Assembly: GCA_964016885.1 (NCBI GenBank)
Contig: OZ024740.1
Coordinates: 307,458,001-307,522,000, forward strand
Reading direction: 5' to 3'
DNA from: Eledone cirrhosa
Lineage: Eukaryota
Length of the DNA: 64,000 nucleotides
Positions within the stretch are counted from its first letter, which is position 1. Each line of letters begins with the position of its first letter. The notes below the pieces were generated by a model. The model was given only the letters and a program-made list of their open reading frames with translations, made no database searches and was not told the origin of the DNA. Shown piece by piece: positions 1-10,770 of the stretch. Made by a program: the position numbers and the translations under genes.

Positions 1-1270
1 CGCTCGCCAAAATTGAGCGTGCACTCTCCCAATTCCTTTGGAAGAAGCGGGCTCCTATGGTGAGGAGATCCATCTGCTGTCAACACCCTTCGAAAGGAGC
101 GCTGGCGATGCCGTGGCTGATGATGCGTAAACACGCATTAAGGCTACGGCACCTCCAGGTATTCCTCACCGGTCAAACGGCGTGGTCCCCGTTTGTGAGG
201 CGAACCTTTCCCAGACTCGTCTCGCTTACGGAGCTGCAATCCTGGGTCACGCAAAGACCGAGAAAACTGGGCGCCTGGCACACCGAGTGTGCCCAGGCGC
301 TCACGGCTCTCTGGCAGGCGGACCCGGCTGTCAGTGGAGAATCCACCTCGTCATTCTATAGAGGGCTGGTGGTTAGCAGGTGCGACGACGCCCTCGGAGA
401 AGCCCTAGGCATGGAGGAAAACGAACTGGCCAACCTGTTCGGTAGGACATTCAGCCCGGGACCTATGGATAACTTCCAGAGGTCCCTGGCCTGGCAATGC
501 TACTGAAGGGCTCTGCCCGTTCGAGAAAGGCTTCACAGACACGGGCGCCCGGGTAGGGATCCCTCGAAAAAGATCTGTCCTAGATGCGTGTGCGACGAGG
601 AAACCGTTTCACACGCATTGGTACACTACTCGGGCATTGCCGATCTGTGGGGCTATGTCGAACGACTGCTGTCACGGGTGGGACCGATCCGGTTGACCAC
701 CGAGTCTATTGTAACGATCAAGCCGCCTCCCCTCTTCAAAAACGAAGGAGAGGCGGTGTTTCTGTGCGTAATAGCCATGGCGAAAGAGGTTGTATGGTGG
801 ACGCGTCTGAAAGGACTGAGGTTAGACACCTTTCTCTCTGGCCAACAACTGGTCCGTTTCTTCCGATATCATTTCGGAAGAAGGATCAGGATGGAGAGAG
901 AGGTGCTGCACCCCAGCCTTTTCTATGAAAGATGGGTGAAAGTGGGGAGAATGGCCTGTGTGAATGGGCCTTCACTCTACATCAGACTGTAGGTGAGAAA
1001 GATGAAAGATCAAGGGAGCACCCTCTCTCTGTGCTCCTGAGGGGAAGGGTTGCACACTTATTCGGGGGGTGTGGGACCCCCCCCCCCCGCAAGGCGCCTC
1101 CTCCCTATTGAGGATTTTGTTATTCAATTTATTTTTGTTATATTCTATATTTTATATTTTTATATTTTGTTATTGCCTCCTCCTTATTGAGGACGCCTTT
1201 TTATGTAACCCCCCCCCCCCCATTGTACTTGTCCCACTTTCTGACGCCCTGGTGGCAAATAAAAATAAAG

Positions 1271-1272
<2 letters not shown>
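1..1272 (+). mobile_element. 3' end of a Tx1/L1-clade non-LTR retrotransposon (C-terminal ORF2 with zinc-knuckle, 3' UTR, ending at an (ATCT)n tract)
   Basis: ORFs 57-506 and 588-992 join through a TGA at 504-506: ...LAWQCY*RALPVRERLHRHG...CPRCVCDEETVSHALVH...LWGYVERLL. This matches the zf-RVT-like CxxC-x-ET-xxH motif of Tx1/L1 ORF2. It is followed by a UTR, AATAAA and (ATCT)n. Confidence 0.8.
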
Positions 1273-1314
<42 letters not shown>

Positions 1315-1496
1315 ATGTATGTCTCCCTCCTCTCTCTCTTTCTCTCTCTCTCTCTCTACATATATATTCATATATATATATATGTGTGTGTGTGTGTGTA
1401 TGTGTGTGTGTGTGTAGATCAAGTGTTATATAAGATGTATGTTTGTTTATGAAAGTGAGATATACTCACATTTACATCCACATGTACACACACTCA

Positions 1497-2128
1497 TCTA
1501 TATATATAAAACTGAGGATGTCTGTGTGTGTCTGTGAGTTTGAATCCCTAAAACTCGAGAAGTACCCAACCGATTTTTTTAAAACTTTACATGTGTATTA
1601 CTTATGTTTCAGGGAGTGTTATGCACATAAATTGAACTTTTTGATCCCCTAGGACCCGCATTAGGGAGAAAAAAACTGCGTTTTTTGAGCTTTTTAGGGT
1701 TTTGGGGGGCATTACGTCAGACCGATTTCCTTGAAATTGTAACTATGTATTAGCCAGTCTCTTCTTCATACCGTGAGCAAAGAAAATCCAACTTTTTTAT
1801 GGCCTAGGGCCAGCATTAGGTGAAAAACTTCATTTTTTCAGCTTTTTAGGGCTTTTTTGAGGCGTTACGTCTAGCTGATTTTCCCTAAATGTCAAGTCAT
1901 ATTATGCATATAAAAAAATTCATTTTCTTGATCCTCTAGGGCCCGCATTAGGTGAAAACCTGCATTTTTCCTGCTTCATCGAGGAAAATCTTAAAGATTA
2001 TCCAGCCATCAGAGTATTGGGTTTATTTTCTTTACATATTGTCCAGGCATGCAGTTCAATGATTAGGTCTGTTGGCTGCCCGCATTCCAAAATACCTTAT
2101 CCCATGCAACGCCGGGTACAACTGCTAG
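1497..2128 (+). mobile_element. Non-autonomous Helitron-like element
   Basis: Starts TCTATATATATAAAA after A(1496) and ends ...CCCATGCAACGCCGGGTACAACTGCTAG before T(2129), giving 5'-TC, a subterminal hairpin, CTAG-3' and an A|T insertion site. Contains three internal repeats of taggg/acc(c)gcattaggtgaaaa. Confidence 0.75.
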
Positions 2129-2148
2129 TATATATATATATATATCTT

Positions 2149-2287
2149 TTAAAATAACAGATTAAAATTTAACAAAGAATCGCTGGGGATCTTCTGAAAC
2201 TAAAAAAAAAAAAAAGTTTAGTTTCAGAAGATCCTGTTAAGGGTGAAAGCAGCGATTCTTTGCTTAAACTTTAATCTGTTATTTTAA
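2149..2287. repeat. Short fold-back inverted repeat
   Basis: ttaaaataacagattaaaatttaacaaagaatcgctg...ggatcttctgaaactaaa pairs with tttagtttcagaagatcc...cagcgattctttgcttaaactttaatctgttattttaa. Confidence 0.8.
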
Positions 2288-2380
2288 TAAATATTTGCTC
2301 GATGATTCTTATATATTTGATATATATTTATCCTTATCGAGCCCTCTTTGGATTTTAGTCTTCACACTTATTTGTATTAT

Positions 2381-2487
2381 CCCGCCGAGGTTAATTTTGC
2401 CTTTCATCCTTACGGGGGTCAATAAAATAAAGTACCAGTAATACACTAGGATAATTGCTGGCCTTGTGCCAACAGTAGAAACAATTA
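2381..2487 (+). mobile_element. 5'-truncated tRNA-derived SINE (family A, Nin/Deu-domain-like core)
   Basis: cccgccgaggttaattttgcctttcatccttacgggggtcaataaaataaagtaccag...ggccttgtgccaacagtagaaacaa; matches the full copies at 62670 and 63090. Confidence 0.85.
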
Positions 2488-2491
2488 TTAC

Positions 2492-2582
<91 letters not shown>

Positions 2583-2612
2583 GTGTGTGTGTGTGCGCGC
2601 GTGCGTGTACAC

Positions 2613-2769
2613 ATATAGAAATGCCTTCTACAGGACTAGAACTGTTTCATTCGAAAGAAATCACCAGGAAAACCAACTGTCATTGTAATACGGTTGTAAT
2701 GAAAGTTAGCTTTCGTGGTGATTTCTTTCGAATGAAACAGTTCTAGTCCTGTAGAAACCATTTCTATAT
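2613..2769. repeat. Fold-back inverted repeat of a short HHR-like element (same family as 8290-8348)
   Basis: Arms atagaaatg..ttctacaggactagaactgtttcattcgaaagaaatcacc and ggtgatttctttcgaatgaaacagttctagtcctgtagaa..catttctat. The right arm matches gaatgaaacagttctagtctgtagaag near 8311. Confidence 0.75.
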
Positions 2770-2839
2770 TAAATTTGATGTTTACACTTTACAAATGTAT
2801 TGACTACATTACTGTGGTTAGCCCCGATTGAACCCGGGA

Positions 2840-2887
<48 letters not shown>

Positions 2888-3537
2888 GTCACAGTTTGAA
2901 ATCGTGTATCTTTTGCTCTGTCATGTGCGTGTGCGTGTGTGAAATCTTAATGCCAACAAAAAAAGAGCAACAAGAAGAGGGTAAGTGAAGCGTTGAAGTG
3001 AGAGCAGCAAGCGACGTCGTCAGCAACAACTGCCGTAGTATTAGGAGGAGGAAGGAAGAGAGGAAGTAAAGGTGATAATAGTAGTGGTAGTGGTAGTGGT
3101 GATGCTGAGTGAGAGAAAAGGAAAAGAGACAGGCTGGAGGAAGGAAAAGTGGGCCGCCGTTGACTGCACAACGTAAGCTCACTTCTCTCACCTTTCAATC
3201 AACTGTTGGGGTTTCAAGCAACAGTACCAACCACACCCCCTTATCTCTAGCTGGGTGGTCGTGACAGTGGGGGTGGAGTGGGTGGTTACGTTGTGTTACA
3301 GAGCTGGAGTTGGTGGTAGAGAGGGTAGGAGTGATGGTATAGGATAGTCAGTAATAAGGGCTAAGGCAATGAGGATAAGGAAGTCAGAGGTTATATTTAA
3401 ATGAGTGTATCTTGGCATGTATTTGTAGATGTAGGAGTATTTGTAGATGTAGGAGTAAAGTGTTAAGAGTAAGATGGGAGTGAATACATGGTAGGTATGT
3501 GGGTAGAACCACACCAAGCTGTCACTATTCAACAATG

Positions 3538-3764
3538 ATTTCTAGTATAGGTACAAGGCCAGTAATTTGGAGGGGGAGGGGGAGGGGGAAGTCGATTAAA
3601 TCGACCCCAGTACGTACGTTACTGGTGCTTTATTTTATCGACCCCGTAAGGAGGAAAGGCAAAGTTTACCTCGGCGGCATTTGAACTCAGACTGTAAAGG
3701 GCCGTAACTCTATGCAGCAAAGCATAGTGTCTGACTGTCTACCGATACTGCCAATCCACCACCC
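3538..3764 (-). mobile_element. tRNA-derived SINE family A
   Basis: Reverse complement of the family A consensus; flanked by a 23-bp direct repeat gctgtcactattcaacaatgatt (3518-3540 and 3803-3825). Confidence 0.85.
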
Positions 3765-3859
3765 TTATAGGTGATAATAGTAGGGGTAGTGGTAGTGGTG
3801 ATGCTGTCACTATTCAACAATGATTGTTACAGTTGTGTCTACAAACATTAATGAATAAG

Positions 3860-4222
3860 GGCGGGGGATTGGCAGTATCGGTAGAAGGTCGGACGCCATG
3901 CTTTGTAGCATAGAGTTACGCCCCTTTACGGTCTGAGTTCAAATCCTGCCAAGGTTAACTTTGCCTTTCATCCTTACGCAGTCGATAAAATAAAGTACCA
4001 GTAATGCACTGGGATGATTGCTGGCCTTGTGCCAAAAGTAGAAACATTTCATAAATAAGCCAACGGACGCCATGCTTTGACGCATAGAGTTACGGCCCTT
4101 GCCATTCTGAGTTCAAATCCTGCCACGGTTAACTTTGCCTTTCATCCTTACGGGATCAATAAAATAAAGTACCAGAAATGCACTGAGAAAATTGCTGGCC
4201 TTGTGCCAAAAGTAGAAACAAT
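3860..4222 (+). mobile_element. Two tandem SINE family A copies
   Basis: Head ggattggcagtatcggtaga (A-box-like), gagttcaaatcc (B-box-like), core gcctttcatccttacg..gtcgataaaataaagtacc. Flanking direct repeat attaatgaataag. Confidence 0.85.
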
Positions 4223-4392
4223 TAATGAATAAGCCTAGCCAATGGTATGGGACTCTAACCCCACCCTAAAATCTTGAAAAAAGAAAACATACATGCGCGC
4301 GTGTGAGTGTTTGTGTGTGCATGTATGTATGTATGTATGTATGTATATAATTATTCATTACCTGAGACTAAACATACTCGTACTAACACACA

Positions 4393-4872
4393 TACTCTCG
4401 GATCTCGAAAAATCACCCCGCTTATTAAATTTTTCACATTTTTCAATCACCCGGCTCTTATCCGCGGTGAAATCTTATTTTAAGTAGTAGCATTCCTGTG
4501 GCAATTAATTTTCTTTAGACATTAAAAGAACATCGGTAGAAGGTCGGACGCCATGCTTTGCAGCAAAGAGTTACGGCCCTTTATGGTCTGAATTCAAATC
4601 CCGCCGAGGTTGACTTTGCCTTTCATCCTTACGGGGTCGATAAAATAAAGTACCAGTAATACACTGGGATAATTGATGGTCTTGTGCTAATAGTAGAAAC
4701 AATTATACATGATAAAAAAAAAGAGTATTACTAGATATCCCATACGTTGTAAAATAAATAGGATGGGTTGTCAACTAAACGACTAATTCTGGTTTTTAAA
4801 AAAGATCAATGGAGACAATCTAGAAAAATTACCGGTTTTCCACCCACCTGCTCATTCTACCCCACACCCACT
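4393..4872. mobile_element. MITE-like repeat (same family as 51392-51748) interrupted by a SINE A at about 4532-4703
   Basis: Shares ccccgcttattaa(a)ttttt, taagt.gtagcattcctg, atcccatacgtt.taaaataaatag and gactaattctggtttttaaaaaa with 51392-51748; starts tactctcg. Confidence 0.65.
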
Positions 4873-4911
4873 TAGAGAGAGTTGTTAGAGAAGGAGAAAG
4901 AGAGAGGGTGT

Positions 4912-4914
<3 letters not shown>

Positions 4915-4960
<46 letters not shown>

Positions 4961-5092
4961 AGAGAGAGAGAGAGAGAAAGAAAGAGTGGTGTATTGAGAG
5001 AGAGAGAGAGTCGTAGAGAGAGAGAAAGATACAGTCGTAGGGAGAGAGAGAGAGAGAGTCGTAGAGAGAGAGAGAGTCGTAGAGAGAGAGTC

Positions 5093-5151
<59 letters not shown>

Positions 5152-5172
5152 TAGATAGAGAGATGGAGAGAC
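4915..5172. repeat. (GA)n microsatellite with periodic gtcgta interruptions
   Basis: Seen directly in the sequence. Confidence 0.95.
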
Positions 5173-6254
5173 ATTTTATTGTGAACTTTGAAATTTGTAT
5201 AATTTTACTGTTTATAAATGGAATGGATAATCTGAACCTGTAGTATTTAATTCTTCACTAAATATTCTACCCTCGTCCCCAAACCAATCGTTATATGTTC
5301 AAATATTTTCTTTTAATTCAATGAGTTTTAATATTCAACCTGCATAAATACAATCTGAAGGCGGCGAATGAGCAGCGATTTTAGCGTCCTTCTTTTATTT
5401 ATATATTTATTTATTTACTTATTTATTTATTTATTTATTTATTTATTATCATTTTGCTTCTGCCGAGGTCACCTTTGTCGCTCATCTCTTTATGGACCAA
5501 TGAATACAGTAAAAGGCGAGTACAGCCACAAATTCTTCTTTCACTCTCTCGTATAGATACCCTCGACTAAAACCAACTAGAAACCATCTTCGTAATCTTT
5601 TGTGAACATTTCAGTGATAAGTCTATAGTACTTCTCAAGGTAGTCACCAAGGGTTGGTCACCGACCTGATAACGCACTGAAGGAAGTATCGGTTTCAAAG
5701 TCCCTTACATTTAAAACAGAAATTCTATAACATTTAATCTTCACATAAAAACAAAGCCCATCGACTATCAATCAGAATCTAAACTTTTAAGGCCAGAATG
5801 TATAGAAACTACTGTTTGCTCTTAAGTCAAATGTATTTATAAATCAACATTCACTGCGATATCGTTTATCTTCAAAGACCTTGTAATATCTGTGAGGCAC
5901 TGTCTGAGCTTTGATATCACGACTTTATTTCAGCGACTTTTGATCGAATTTATTGGGTGGAAATGGATTGATTAACTGAATGTGTAGATTATTCGAGGTT
6001 GTTGTCAGGCATCATGACTGATTTGAGCTGTAAATGGTAATCGAAATATAGCGAAAGAACATCTCTGAACGTTGTACACTTCTTTGATCCATAGTGACGT
6101 ATGACCTCCCCAGACATTGCTCCAACTTTCCCTTCAAGGTTTTCCGCAGATAGCTGAGGTTCAGTTTCTCGCCAGGATATCTCGTATATATTCTGTCCTC
6201 AGCAGTTCCCCCAAACATTTCAGACTCCACTGTCCATGATATTTACAATGTTAT

Positions 6255-6428
6255 CCAAGGAAAAGGCAAAGACAGATACAGTTTGGCATTAATGCCGTCG
6301 CAACTCATTATTTCCAACTGAGCAGGTTGATTTGCTCATGGACACAACGAGCTGCCCGGCCCAGGAATCGAATTCACGACTTTACTATCGTGAGCTCAGC
6401 AACCATACCACCAAGCCACACACCTTCA
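6255..6428 (-). mobile_element. tRNA-derived SINE family B, internally deleted
   Basis: Minus strand gaaggtgtgtggcttggtggtatgg...gaattcgattcctgggccgggcagctcgttgtgtccatgagcaa...cagttggaaataatgagt; related to 53075-53400 and 58745-58998. Confidence 0.6.
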
Positions 6429-6913
6429 CCTATATACACGAAAGTAAAAAAATGTTATGTGTCATTAAAACCCCTAAAAAGACGACACTCTTTAAAGATA
6501 TATAACTTAATAAGTGATTATATAATAGATAAACTGTGATCGATTAATGGAATACCAGACACCAATTCCAGAAACACGCATTCAAAAACTTTTGTGATCG
6601 TCTATATGAGAGAATTATCTCTGACAATGGAGATGAAGACCAAACCCATGAAACTTAAGTATTTATGAAAACGTATACCTAAACACTAATGAGGGCTCAT
6701 TCTTTGGTAATACGAAATCATATCCAAGCAATGGTACACACACATACACGCACACACATATATATATATGTCTGTGAGGTTAAGGAGTTTTCTTCACAAT
6801 ACGTGGTACTGGGTTCAGCCATACTGTATGACACATTGGGCAAATGTTCTCTACAGGAACCTGGAGTTAACCAATGCCTTGTGAGTGATATCTGATCGAC
6901 GAAAACAGAAGCC

Positions 6914-7052
<139 letters not shown>

Positions 7053-7325
7053 ATAATAATAAGGGTTGACGGACCCAGCATATTTATCAATGCCAATACC
7101 GGTTGTATCTCAGCGCACTCAATGGGCAATGTAAGAATACATTACCAGAGTATACACATATTTATTTGTCTCAACACAACACACGTAAAACGGGTGCCTA
7201 TACGGTTCCCGGACTCGAATTTCTGCCGCACAAATGCAGCAGTAAGGTGCACTGCACCATCTGTCTGCATATATTATGCAACAATGCACAATCGGCTTAT
7301 GCGGCTTCTTCAGCGGGTATCGCCC

Positions 7326-7398
<73 letters not shown>

Positions 7399-7599
7399 GT
7401 GTGTGTGTGTGTGTGTGTGTGTATTACACCACGCTAAAAGTTTAATTTAGTCCAGAAATAGCCGTCGAAATGGCTTGAGCTCTGTCGTTGGGGTCCTGAC
7501 TCTTTTCCTATTACCCACTCTACTACCCAAAGTATCGAATACTCTGGTGCGTTATGGTCCACCTGGTTCCTTACCACACTTCCTTCGTTATATATATAA

Positions 7600-7636
<37 letters not shown>

Positions 7637-7640
<4 letters not shown>

Positions 7641-8014
7641 CATTAAAAACAACGGAAGGCTGGACTGGAAAATTTCTTTTAATTTTTGATAACGCGAAAA
7701 AATCCAACATATTTCAATCGCCCAGTTTCATCATCCGATCGTGATGCAAGACTTAGACAGTTACATCAGAAATAGTTATATAAGATAACAGCATTATGGC
7801 AAACATAAACAGAGAATTGAAAATAGATATGGTTCAGGGATGGCCTGCCAATTTTGTCTTATTGTAACGGAAAACTATCTCACATTGAAATCGCCTAAGT
7901 CTTGCATCATGATCGTATGATGTAACTGGGCCATTGAAATACGTATAGTGTTTTCGGGGGATTAAAATTTTAAAGAAAGATTCTTGTACGGCCTTCTGTT
8001 GTTTTTACTGAATA
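7637..8014. repeat. Diverged inverted repeat (arms of about 118 bp, spacer about 140 bp) with a decayed HHR-like core
   Basis: 7637-7755 is the approximate reverse complement of 7896-8014. The arms contain atgatgaaactgggcgattgaaatatgtt. Confidence 0.7.
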
Positions 8015-8341
8015 TTTTACTCCGTTTCTGCACAAGCCACGAGATATCACATTTACGATGGAGGATTTGCATAACTTCGAGTGTTTTAATTTATTGCATC
8101 ATCTGACCGGAATCACCACTTCTACCCATTGGTAAACAACATAACATAAATGATATATATATATATATATATATTACTAAGTATATTTCCCTCTAAATAT
8201 AGTTTTTAAAGAATCCCCTTTCTTTAAATCCATCAACCTCCACCCATCCCAATCACCACCCTCTCCTACCACCAGAAAATGTATACCACCTTTCCTGAAG
8301 ATTTCTATACGAATGAAACAGTTCTAGTCTGTAGAAGCCAG

Positions 8342-8443
<102 letters not shown>

Positions 8444-8628
8444 TTAATACATTAACAGAGAAAGCCTTAAGCGATACTCTGACCAACTCCATCTCACTCA
8501 ACAAACATTAGGATATACCTAAGTATTTTCCCAATTTAGTGTTTGGGGTGCTAACTAATGAGTATTTCGTGGATAGCTGGTTGTATTATTTTATGAGACA
8601 TAATTAAATAAATATCTCTTTCCTTCCA

Positions 8629-8680
<52 letters not shown>

Positions 8681-8684
<4 letters not shown>

Positions 8685-9379
8685 GGTATATATTATATCT
8701 AGTGATTCTAAAGACATGATTTATGATATATTGCTCTGATTATTTAATTTATTAATTCTTCATTGAGCTAAAACGTGACCGGTTGCAAAACATATATATC
8801 TATGACTTTATATATATGTAAACCTTTATATTTAATAATCTCCCGTTAGGTTGAGATACAATTTGGCAATATTGGGCTGCGCTTTCTAGCAATAAGCCTA
8901 ACCGCCGTAAGCAACTAATCACATCCTTTCTAACTTGACCGCTGCCACGTCACGATTCTTAGCCATTTTTGAATCTATTTTTGGCGCGATCACTTTGGAA
9001 AATTAAATGTCTAATTTTGAGTTCGCTCCTGATGAGTCCGAAGCTCTGGACATTGCCTGTTATCGGATGTCTTAAAATACGAACGAAACCATGGTAGAGG
9101 TAATTAAGGTATGTACGCATTTCTTCTAAGTTTGAATTTACACCTAATTGTGTTTAGTTGACGGTATATCTGGTCGATTTCTACATGCTGTCGAAATGTT
9201 GGATAAATACTCTATCGTGGCCACCGCGAAGAGGCTGCTTTCGGTTATTTGTCGAAGATTTCTTCATAGGAGCCTTTATTCTTATAGCTTGGTCTAATTG
9301 ATTTTTTATATGGTTAATTATGCTAATTGGGAGAGGAAATGGTATATATTATATCTAGTGATTCTAAAGACATGATTTA

Positions 9380-9388
<9 letters not shown>
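8681..9388 (+). mobile_element. Non-coding 656-bp-period element with about 50-bp terminal direct repeat and an internal HHR, embedded in (TA)n (retrozyme or solo pLTR-like)
   Basis: aaatggtatatattatatctagtgattctaaagacatgatttatgatatat occurs at 8681 and 9337; (TA)n on both sides; HHR at 9026-9099. Confidence 0.7.
9026..9099 (+). ncRNA. Type I hammerhead ribozyme with long stem II
   Basis: ctc-CTGATGA-gtccg...gacat...atgtc...cgaac-GAAAC-catg-GTA-gag; palindromic stem III (accatggt). Confidence 0.7.
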
Positions 9389-9454
<66 letters not shown>

Positions 9455-9868
9455 AAACGTCCATATAGAGCTAGTAAGCCATGATAGAGAAGTATCGAGT
9501 ACTTCTTACAGTTGGTAATCAAAAAGAGCTAGTGAGACAAGTAATAAAAATAATTAAAAAAGGAAGAAAAAAGAATAACAACAAAAATTTCAAATATTGA
9601 AGACCAATTGGAGGCAGATTAAGCATAAGAAAATAAAAAAGAAAAGGAAAAGAGGAAACAAGGGAAGCTGTAAAACAGCTAGAAGTTTCTGTTGTTGAAA
9701 TTTTTCATAGCTTCCATGTACTCAAATATTTTCTTTATATTTGGTAGACGTGTAATCATATATTGTATTTCCAATCTTGGTAGTTTTTTTAAAGATTGGT
9801 TTCAATATGGCCCCTCTCTCTCTCAGACGGATAGTTTCTACACACACCCACACCCACACCCACACCCC

Positions 9869-9910
<42 letters not shown>

Positions 9911-10229
9911 GTAGTAATGGTTTGATAAAAAATGTCCAAGGTATAGAGCAACTGAAGTCCGCAGGGCAAGTTTAAATATAATTATCAATGCCAGTTACTA
10001 GAACGGCACCACCATATCATGTTTAACTCAAAAAGGAATCCGAGTAAACATTTTCCGGATAATTTTCATCAGCACAGGTTGAACAAGTTGGTCCACCTTA
10101 CTAACGAAACGTACGTACATAGTTTTGCACCGTTGTAGTAACCGGCCTTAATAATTGTATATTTGTATGGTATGTTTATTCTTATATCTACCCTTTTTAT
10201 ATACTACCAATAAAGAGTCTAACTTCATT

Positions 10230-10349
10230 GTTTCCGAAGAAGACGGTATGATCGAACCCATATATTATGCCTGATAGTATACAGTTCTCTAACTGCTATA
10301 GATCAGTCAATATATCGATATGATCAACCTTCCGAAACGATCGTAAAAC
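10230..10349 (+). ncRNA. HHR-like motif with variant core CCGAAGA and long stem II
   Basis: gttt-CCGAAGA-...-GAAAC-gatc-GTA-aaac; shares agtcaatatatcgat with the motif at 14198-14324. Confidence 0.5.
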
Positions 10350-10448
10350 AATAAAATAACTTGCCTTTGTTACCATTGTTAAGTAAAATAGTATGTAATA
10401 TATATATATATATAGACACACACACACATATATGTATATGTATATATA

Positions 10449-10519
<71 letters not shown>

Positions 10520-10688
10520 ATGTGTGTGTGTTTGCACGTGTGTGTGTGAGTGTGTGTGTGAGTGTGTATATGTATGTCTTGTATACGATTGTATTTATGT
10601 CCCTTAACTTAACGGTTGGACAAAAAGAGATCGATGAAATAAGTAACAGTCTTGAAATAATAATTACTGTGGCCGATATAATTGACTA

Positions 10689-10770
<82 letters not shown>

